The notes beneath the pieces are model-generated. The model worked only from the letters and a program-made list of their open reading frames with translations, was not told the origin of the DNA and did no database searches. This document shows positions 1-7,188 of a stretch of 64,000 bases of DNA, piece by piece; position 1 is the stretch's first letter, and each line of letters starts with the position of its first letter. The stretch is from the IMG/VR virus record IMGVR_UViG_3300032401_001514, positions 65,629-129,628 of that record, one strand, 5' to 3'. Both the position numbers and the translations under genes were made by a program. Source of the stretch: a virus.

Positions 1-1
1 A

Positions 2-409
2 TCCTAAGTATGGATGCCACTCCCAAGATGGATCTGCACCGTAAACCATTCTTGGTATGTTTGAATAATTTACATTATCGAATATTTTATTAGGCAGCAT
101 GGCCCAAGGAGCTGGAAAATATCCATTATGCAAATCTTTCATAGACTCAAAAGCGTCCCTTTTGTCTAAACAAAGCTGTCCATTTGCATTCATTATTTCT
201 CTAAAATCTACACGCGGCCAATCTCTTACCTCAGTAATAGCATCATTAAATTTCAACATATCTAAGTAAGTGTGTTTATCAGCAGAATGATTACAATACC
301 ATATAATCTCTTTACCAGGCCATAATATATCTTTATATTTCAAAACACAAGTACACAACCCAATATCTCCATGTTGTCCATGAACGAAAATTCCAATTTT
401 ATCTGCCAT
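2..409 (-). CDS. Partial CDS running off the left edge; putative GT9-like (heptosyltransferase-type) glycosyltransferase
   Basis: Not in the ORF track; translated by hand. ATG at 409 with SD-like AAGGAG upstream. Reads MADKIGIFVHGQHGDIGLCTCVLKYKDILWPGKEIIWYC... and stays open to position 2. The N-terminal GxxGD resembles GT9. Confidence 0.55.
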   Translation of the reverse strand, partial: MADKIGIFVHGQHGDIGLCTCVLKYKDILWPGKEIIWYCNHSADKHTYLDMLKFNDAITEVRDWPRVDFREIMNANGQLCLDKRDAFESMKDLHNGYFPAPWAMLPNKIFDNVNYSNIPRMVYGADPSWEWHPYLG

Positions 410-418
410 ATACTCTCC

Positions 419-1219
419 TTAAAATCCAGGGCAATCTAAAATAACATTTTTTTCTTGTGCATATTTTTTCACAACTTCTAAAGCGCGCGGCGGAATATGC
501 TCAGTAATTCCACCAATTAAAACATCATGATGCTTCTTACAATGAGCGCAGAAAAATGTATTCAATTTATTTGCTTCACGAAATGATAGGCCGGGCACTG
601 GTTCATCATTTTCCACGTATGATGGAATAGGAACTCCGCCATCATTAAAATAACCATTAACTATTTGTCCTTGGTTATTATATTGAGGGTGACCATAATG
701 AACAATTAAATCATGTGTAATATTTGGGTAAATTTCGTTGGCTAAAAACCCTTGATCATAAGTGTTATCTTTGCTAAATTTTTCTACCATTTCATTCATT
801 TTTGAAAGAATATAATTTCTAACACCCCACATGCCACCCATTATTTTTTGACTATGATAACAATGGTCTCTTATAATATGAAAATTCTTTTTGCCATCAA
901 GCCATTGGTCTACACAAACTTTCTCTCTTGATGATACCCAAGAATCAGCGTCTCTAGATATCATAACGACACCATACTCAGAGGCGGGCAAGAATCTCCA
1001 TAACATAGCTTCGCTGCCACGATGAGTTGGCATAACTACAATTTCTACATGTTCGAATGTTCTAAGAAGTTTTTCTATACACGACGGAATAGTGTCATCA
1101 ATATAAAATCTAGCAATCCAATCAGGATAAATATAAGGGATTAATAAACAATTTATAATTGCGTTAATTGTGTCTTTTGGTCTATTATTGTAAAGTGAGT
1201 AACTTATTATTTTTTTCAT
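419..1219 (-). CDS. Putative glycosyltransferase-like protein (MKKIISYSLY / MLWRF / ISRDAD family)
   Basis: 266 aa with a DAD (DxD) motif after a hydrophobic strand and an IMGGMWG motif; lies inside the GT island. Confidence 0.5.
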   Translation of the reverse strand: MKKIISYSLYNNRPKDTINAIINCLLIPYIYPDWIARFYIDDTIPSCIEKLLRTFEHVEIVVMPTHRGSEAMLWRFLPASEYGVVMISRDADSWVSSREKVCVDQWLDGKKNFHIIRDHCYHSQKIMGGMWGVRNYILSKMNEMVEKFSKDNTYDQGFLANEIYPNITHDLIVHYGHPQYNNQGQIVNGYFNDGGVPIPSYVENDEPVPGLSFREANKLNTFFCAHCKKHHDVLIGGITEHIPPRALEVVKKYAQEKNVILDCPGF

Positions 1220-1229
1220 TAATAACCTC

Positions 1230-1859
1230 TTATAATACGTATGTATCTGCCATTTTCTTTAATGTATCTACTATGTTATCTGGATATAATTTATCTCCAC
1301 ACAGTCTGTGTAATTTGTCCATATTAAAAACAGAGGCATCAACCCACCAATCTTCAAACGGAAGATTTGGTCCCATACCACAACCTAGTGGCACAAGCAC
1401 ATCTGAACATAATAATGAGTAACTATGCCCGCTTAAAATAGCTCTTTCTTCATCTTTAAGTTTATTTCCAAATCTATAAGCGTCATGTTCTATAGTAATA
1501 ACGCTAAATCTATAGTCATTCAATGGTAATATTTTTAATACTTCTGCGCTATTTTCGTCTATATCTATAGATAAATAATCTATTCTTGATGGATATTTTT
1601 CTTTATTTAATATGGTTTTATAATCAATTTTTGTAGCATCATCATTTATAAAATGACAAGTTCTACTTTTATAACCCTCGTTATGATCTAAACTTTTTTC
1701 TACACAAATCCCATGCCATTTTAACTCATCTTCAAAATAATATGAATTACTTGTAGAAATTGCACTAAAACTTCCAATGTCTAAATAATAACCATTACGT
1801 TTAAAATTTAATACATTAGATACAAACTCATCTTGCCACGCCTGTGAATGATATACCAT
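1230..1859 (-). CDS. FkbM-family SAM-dependent methyltransferase
   Basis: Motifs SQAWQDEFV, YYLDIGS, GICVE and IDYLSIDID are typical of FkbM-like methyltransferases. Confidence 0.75.
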   Translation of the reverse strand: MVYHSQAWQDEFVSNVLNFKRNGYYLDIGSFSAISTSNSYYFEDELKWHGICVEKSLDHNEGYKSRTCHFINDDATKIDYKTILNKEKYPSRIDYLSIDIDENSAEVLKILPLNDYRFSVITIEHDAYRFGNKLKDEERAILSGHSYSLLCSDVLVPLGCGMGPNLPFEDWWVDASVFNMDKLHRLCGDKLYPDNIVDTLKKMADTYVL

Positions 1860-1889
1860 TTATTTTCCTTTGTTGTTTATACTAGTTAA

Positions 1890-2666
1890 TTAATAAAAAT
1901 ATTTCAAAAACAAATCCATTCTTTTTTTGTGTCCATCAGCAAATACTGGATTGGCAGCATTCCATTGCGAGCCTGCCATATAATGATAAAACCCTTCGGC
2001 TATCCAGCCAGCACTTAAACCATGTGTTCTGCAAATGTCTAAGTCAGCTTTAAAATACTCAGCGAAAGGCCCTTTGCCTTCTAATGTAGCAAGAAAATAA
2101 GAAGTTTGATGATTAGCCATAAATTTAACTGAATTAGGATTTTTTTCGATAAATGTTTTAGTTTTTCCTCCGGTGTCCAATCCCGTATCTAAACCAAAAT
2201 CTAATTCACGAACATTGTTTAAAAGTTTCATATTAACAATTGTAAAAGCTGGATAAAAATAATTAACGCCCTTGCCATTTAAAATCCTAAACTCGGTAGT
2301 ACTTGCGGCAATGTTGCCAGCTATGATATCCGATATTGATACATCACATATAGGAAACACATCCGAGTGAACAAGAACTATAATCTCACAATTATTATTT
2401 ACAGCATAATTATGTACGGCCCAATTTAATGCTGATGCATAACACTCAGAGGGATTTTGAACAGTATGGATATTTTGAGGTATTCTTACGCAGTTAATAT
2501 TATTATAAGAAGCTATTTCATTAATGTTCTTTTCCATTTTAGAATCAAATGCATCGTTTAATAATACAAAATCAAAATCTTCTTTCATATATTTTTTGAA
2601 CTGTCTATGCATGATATCAAGAGGAAATTTATCATTTACAGCGAAAGAAAGAATAGATATTTTCAT
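1890..2666 (-). CDS. Putative GT-A-fold glycosyltransferase-like protein
   Basis: 258 aa with FVLLND, IIVLVHSDVFP (DxD-like) and FYHYMAGSQW; supported by island context. Confidence 0.45.
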   Translation of the reverse strand: MKISILSFAVNDKFPLDIMHRQFKKYMKEDFDFVLLNDAFDSKMEKNINEIASYNNINCVRIPQNIHTVQNPSECYASALNWAVHNYAVNNNCEIIVLVHSDVFPICDVSISDIIAGNIAASTTEFRILNGKGVNYFYPAFTIVNMKLLNNVRELDFGLDTGLDTGGKTKTFIEKNPNSVKFMANHQTSYFLATLEGKGPFAEYFKADLDICRTHGLSAGWIAEGFYHYMAGSQWNAANPVFADGHKKRMDLFLKYFY

Positions 2667-3559
2667 AAATGCTCCATGTGATTAATAGTATCTATTAAAC
2701 CAGATTCTATTTTTGTAAAAGAAAGGGTTGGCATTATGCCTTTCAAATAATAATTGCTTACGGTTTTTTTAAAGTTTCCATCTTGTTTGCTTGTGTCAAA
2801 TTTAATTTCATTTTTAAATTGTGTTATTTTGCCAATGCATCTTGCTAAATCAGAGATGGTAATTTCCTCATCACTACAACATATGATTGGTTTATCACCA
2901 GAATAATTCATAACTAAATGTTTAATTATTTTAGCTAAATCCATAGAATAAATAAATTGTCTCAAAGGCTTTCCTGTGCCATTAATTACGACATCTGTAT
3001 TTGTTTTATTAGCTTCTTTGAATTTAGAAACCAAACTCGGTATCAATCTGCCAGATTTTATATTATCGTTCGCCCCATAAATATTACAAGGTATAATGCC
3101 AAAATATTTTCTATTATATTGCGCATTGTAATTTTGGCATTGTAACGCAAGCATTCTTTTTGAATAAGCATATCCAGCAAAAGCTCCGGTTAAATTGCTT
3201 TCAAAAATCATAGATTCGTCCATTGGAAATTTTGAAGGCATCTCTGGAAACATATTTACCGACAAACAAAACATTCCATTTTGTATTCCGGCTAAATTTG
3301 AGGCCTCTAATACGTTTTCATTTATTCTAACATTATTCGAAAACGAAGACACTTTGTCAATATTATAAAAACCAGGAACATATGAAGCCAAATGAATAAT
3401 ATAATCTGGACCTATAGTCCTCACCAAATCAATCGTTCGTTCTCTATTAGTTAGATCGCAGTCCTTTCTTTCAATAAAAACCCAATTATCTTCTTCTGAA
3501 CACAAAGACTTTAAAGAACTGCCTACGCATCCGTTGCTGCCTGTAACAAGAATTTTCAT
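2663..3559 (-). CDS. GDP-L-fucose synthase/ColC-like NAD(P)-dependent SDR (GDP-4-keto-sugar reductase)
   Basis: GSNGCVG Rossmann motif, HLAS, catalytic YAYSK, PCNIYG and GTGKPLRQFIYSMDLA; adjacent to colD. Confidence 0.85.
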   Translation of the reverse strand: MKILVTGSNGCVGSSLKSLCSEEDNWVFIERKDCDLTNRERTIDLVRTIGPDYIIHLASYVPGFYNIDKVSSFSNNVRINENVLEASNLAGIQNGMFCLSVNMFPEMPSKFPMDESMIFESNLTGAFAGYAYSKRMLALQCQNYNAQYNRKYFGIIPCNIYGANDNIKSGRLIPSLVSKFKEANKTNTDVVINGTGKPLRQFIYSMDLAKIIKHLVMNYSGDKPIICCSDEEITISDLARCIGKITQFKNEIKFDTSKQDGNFKKTVSNYYLKGIMPTLSFTKIESGLIDTINHMEHL

Positions 3560-4740
3560 GGTTTATAACTCAATAGTATATCGATTAATTCTTCAACTAA
3601 AAAGTCTGGCATCAAGTTACTTGATAGTCCAATAAACAAACCGTGAAAATGACATTGCTCAGCTCCTGGAAAATTTAACGGATTTAAACTTGGATAAAGA
3701 TCCTTAATAACTGGCTGTCTTATAATATTACCAGTAATAATTGGTCTATTTTCAACTCCGTTATTTGTTAGATAAGATAAATAATTTGGTAAAGATACGC
3801 TTTTATCTAAAAACAAAACAATGCCAAACCATATAGCATCGGTGTCCTCGCTTGATTCAGCAAAAGAAAGAAAAGTATTTCTTGGGTCAGTCTCTATTCT
3901 ATATTTAATATAATTGTAATTTATCTTTCTATTATTGTTTTTTTCTTGAAGTTTGTTTAGCTGACTAATGCCCATTGAGGCTTGTATTTCCATCGGTCTT
4001 ACATTATATCCTAAATTAACAAATGTAAATCTAGGATCTAAATCAGGGTATTGTTTTTGTATCTCTTCTTTATTTGTTAGGTTTCTTGACCACCCATGAG
4101 CACGAAGGCACTTCATTAACTCATAACTCTCATCATTATTACATACCACCATGCCTCCCTCCATAGTAGTTAAATGATGAGAATAATAAAATGAATACGT
4201 TCCAATATCTCCAAATGTTCCGAGATATTTAGTTTTGTACTTTGAGCCTAGAGATTCACAAGTATCTTCTATTAAAAGTAAATTATAGCGATTAACAATA
4301 TTCATTAACTTTTCCATGTTAGTAGAGTTTCCTAGAACATGAACAAGCATAATAGCTTTTGTTTTATTCGTAATTTTATTTTCAAGATCTTCTAAATTTA
4401 TATTCAATGTTTTTGAATCTACATCTACAAATATAGGTGTGAGATTTGATTGAATAATTGGGAATACACTAGTAGACCAGCATAAAGCCGGAACCAAAAC
4501 TTCATCGCCAGGCATTAATCTATTAGCACATTTGTAATTAGAAAGAGTAGATAGTGCTATTAAATTAGCTGATGATCCAGAATTTACCATCAGCGCATGT
4601 TTTGCTCCAATATATTCTGCAAATATTTTTTCGAATTCATTTACTTGCTCACCCATAGTAAAATTTTCAGTAAGCAAAGTCTTAACCATCTCTATAATAT
4701 CATTAGAGTCATGAACATTTTGGCCTAATGGAAATTTCAT
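3556..4740 (-). CDS. colD: GDP-4-keto-6-deoxy-D-mannose 3-dehydratase (ColD/WbdK-like, PLP/PMP-dependent DegT family)
   Basis: MVNSGSSAN, EDTCES, LRAHGW, GYNVRP and RPIITGN motifs. SFYYSHHLTTMEGG has His in place of the Schiff-base Lys, the ColD hallmark. Confidence 0.85.
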   Translation of the reverse strand: MKFPLGQNVHDSNDIIEMVKTLLTENFTMGEQVNEFEKIFAEYIGAKHALMVNSGSSANLIALSTLSNYKCANRLMPGDEVLVPALCWSTSVFPIIQSNLTPIFVDVDSKTLNINLEDLENKITNKTKAIMLVHVLGNSTNMEKLMNIVNRYNLLLIEDTCESLGSKYKTKYLGTFGDIGTYSFYYSHHLTTMEGGMVVCNNDESYELMKCLRAHGWSRNLTNKEEIQKQYPDLDPRFTFVNLGYNVRPMEIQASMGISQLNKLQEKNNNRKINYNYIKYRIETDPRNTFLSFAESSEDTDAIWFGIVLFLDKSVSLPNYLSYLTNNGVENRPIITGNIIRQPVIKDLYPSLNPLNFPGAEQCHFHGLFIGLSSNLMPDFLVEELIDILLSYKP

Positions 4741-5804
4741 AATTGGCTCTCAATGCTAGTAAGAATCTGTTTCCAACTTATATAAATTGATTCTTTTCTT
4801 AACACATTATAGTTGGCCATATTATTGCTAATTTCTTTTAAATTTACTGTGTTTAATAGGTGTTGCAAATGAGACTGGGAATCAAAATATTGAACATGTT
4901 TCATGTTTTCTGTATCATAAAAATCACAAGTATCTATCCACATATCTAAAATTTTTGGATTACGTAGACTGTTCGGATTATCTAAATCATCAGGCTCTTT
5001 AACTTTTTCAATTTTATAAAAAGTCAAGTCAGAAAACATTTTATTTTGACAGATAAGTTCTTTGGCATATTGTTTTGAAGGCATAAACAGCGGAACATTT
5101 GCTGTATATTGTTCGAATATAGACATACTGCCATTATGATAAGGCAGATGAATTATACCTTTGTAACTATAAAGATCTTTCCAATCGTATCTCCAAGAAG
5201 CATTTCTAACTGTGCCCAGCCCAACACATAAATTACCGGGCACTGTTATATCTGAGCGATCATGTATAACATATTTATTTTTTGTTCCTGTGTATTTGGC
5301 ATTTGTGTACTCGCATAAATTTGGAATATGCATTCCTAAAATGCCATTCAAATAATGCGAATAATACTGATCTCCTTTGTTATTACAAACATAATATAGT
5401 TTACCTTCATTATGCTTTAGTTTTAAAAAATCATTTAATCTGTCTCTAATTGCTGGAGTAAAAGTATTTGGATGGTCATATCTTACACAATTAACTATTA
5501 TGATTGGCTTATTCCACCTTTCATAAAGCATAGCAAATTCTACTGGATAACACGCAATAAACCCGTCATATTTGCTAAGCTCGTCTTTATTCTGTTCATA
5601 AAACATATCACAGACTTCTTGGGTACAAACCCCTGAACAAGTTAACTGTGTGCCATTGCTAAGCATAATTTGGGACTTTGGTTTGTTCATAACCCAATGA
5701 TGGCCAGATAAAGACCAATCATCAACTTCATGTCCTAAATTTTTGAAAATGTGAGCTATGTCAGAGATGACCGATACATGCTGATCTATATTGAAAAACT
5801 TCAT
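4737..5804 (-). CDS. Hypothetical protein, possibly a GT-B-fold glycosyltransferase
   Basis: 355 aa; the C-terminal YKGIIHLPYHNGSMSIFEQYTANVPLFMP resembles a GT-B nucleotide-sugar-binding segment; island context. Confidence 0.4.
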   Translation of the reverse strand: MKFFNIDQHVSVISDIAHIFKNLGHEVDDWSLSGHHWVMNKPKSQIMLSNGTQLTCSGVCTQEVCDMFYEQNKDELSKYDGFIACYPVEFAMLYERWNKPIIIVNCVRYDHPNTFTPAIRDRLNDFLKLKHNEGKLYYVCNNKGDQYYSHYLNGILGMHIPNLCEYTNAKYTGTKNKYVIHDRSDITVPGNLCVGLGTVRNASWRYDWKDLYSYKGIIHLPYHNGSMSIFEQYTANVPLFMPSKQYAKELICQNKMFSDLTFYKIEKVKEPDDLDNPNSLRNPKILDMWIDTCDFYDTENMKHVQYFDSQSHLQHLLNTVNLKEISNNMANYNVLRKESIYISWKQILTSIESQL

Positions 5805-6460
5805 AACGCTTCTTTTAATGTAATATGTAGTACGCTTTCTTTATCAGTAAAATCATGCCACGTTATTTTTTCTACCTTTGGGTTTGATAGAATAAATTTT
5901 TCTATTTTATCAATAGCATATACATTATGATATAAATCTTCTTCTTCCCAATAGTTAATCTGATCTTCGCCAGCAGCCGTCCATGGCTTTTGTTTTAATG
6001 ATTCTGGTAGTTCGTCATCATATAATGGAATAGAGCCAGGCTTTAAAAACCAAACTATAATTACTTCTTTTTTGCCGATTCTAATAAATTCATTTATTGC
6101 ATTTTCATAATATGACAAATGCTCAACAACTTCCCTACAAAATACACACTCATATGCATTGTCCCCAATTGGCAAAGTGCAATCTAAATCAGCTTCAACC
6201 ATATGAATGCCCTGTGAGGCATTAAAATCTATAAAGTATTTACAGCTGTCAGCCCCAGTATACTTTATATCATAATTGTCATTATACTTATATCCATAAT
6301 ATTCTGTTGCGAAACCGCATCCGCAATCTAAAATGCTTTTATAGTTCTTTTTTATAACATGGTTTCTGCAATAAACTTTATTTGGGTTATTAAAATCTTT
6401 AACCCACCCAAAAAAAGTTTCAAGATTATTTTTTACATTTTTATTCCACCAAGTTGTCAT
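5801..6460 (-). CDS. Class I SAM-dependent methyltransferase
   Basis: Motif I ILDCGCG, acidic motif YTGAD, and CVFCREVVEHL. Confidence 0.8.
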   Translation of the reverse strand: MTTWWNKNVKNNLETFFGWVKDFNNPNKVYCRNHVIKKNYKSILDCGCGFATEYYGYKYNDNYDIKYTGADSCKYFIDFNASQGIHMVEADLDCTLPIGDNAYECVFCREVVEHLSYYENAINEFIRIGKKEVIIVWFLKPGSIPLYDDELPESLKQKPWTAAGEDQINYWEEEDLYHNVYAIDKIEKFILSNPKVEKITWHDFTDKESVLHITLKEAL

Positions 6461-7188
6461 ATTTTATTCCACGTAATAGGAGTTAAATTTTTTGTATTAT
6501 GTTGTAATTTTGGCCCAAACCAATTTTTTGGCGCAATTATTTTTTTATTAGTGTTTTTGTTTAAATACGCCGCCCACCACGAATAACTACTATTAGCTAT
6601 AATATTATTTTCGCACGACGACATTAAAGACATATCAATATGCGGCTCATTGCCTTCTATAAAAACAAATTTATCGCCCTTGAATTTTTCTTTGCACCAA
6701 TTTATATCATCAGAAAACACAAAATAACAATCAGATTTGATAATATTCATTGCTTCTTCATAATAACTTGTATTTGCTAAATCTGTATAATAAGAATTGC
6801 CAAGTTTAGTATAATCACCTCTTCTTATATGCATAGAGGTAACGCCTGTATTTTCAGGAAAACATTGTTTATATTCAAACAATGTTTTTATTTCTTTTTC
6901 ATATTCTTTAAAATATAATTCTGATTGATAATACCCAGATAAATTCAAATTTGGTTGATATGGAATTGTAGCATAATGAAAAAATGGCTCGACATATGTT
7001 TTAGAATATTGTATGGTTTCTTTTGTGAATTTGTCATCGGGGATATTAAAATGCTCTCTGTCTTTCCAATTATCAGGAAAAATATAATCATCATTATTTT
7101 TTAAAGCCGTAGCAATTGTCGCTGCCGCCTGAAAAAGACAATTTCCAGTCCTGCCACAATTTCCAAAATCTAAATATGTAACAACCAT
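6457..7188 (-). CDS. GT11 alpha-1,2-fucosyl/colitosyl-transferase
   Basis: GRTGNCLFQ, LSGYYQSELYF, HIRRGDY, FVFSDD and IIANSSYSWWAAYL are the canonical GT11 motifs. Confidence 0.92.
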   Translation of the reverse strand: MVVTYLDFGNCGRTGNCLFQAAATIATALKNNDDYIFPDNWKDREHFNIPDDKFTKETIQYSKTYVEPFFHYATIPYQPNLNLSGYYQSELYFKEYEKEIKTLFEYKQCFPENTGVTSMHIRRGDYTKLGNSYYTDLANTSYYEEAMNIIKSDCYFVFSDDINWCKEKFKGDKFVFIEGNEPHIDMSLMSSCENNIIANSSYSWWAAYLNKNTNKKIIAPKNWFGPKLQHNTKNLTPITWNKI

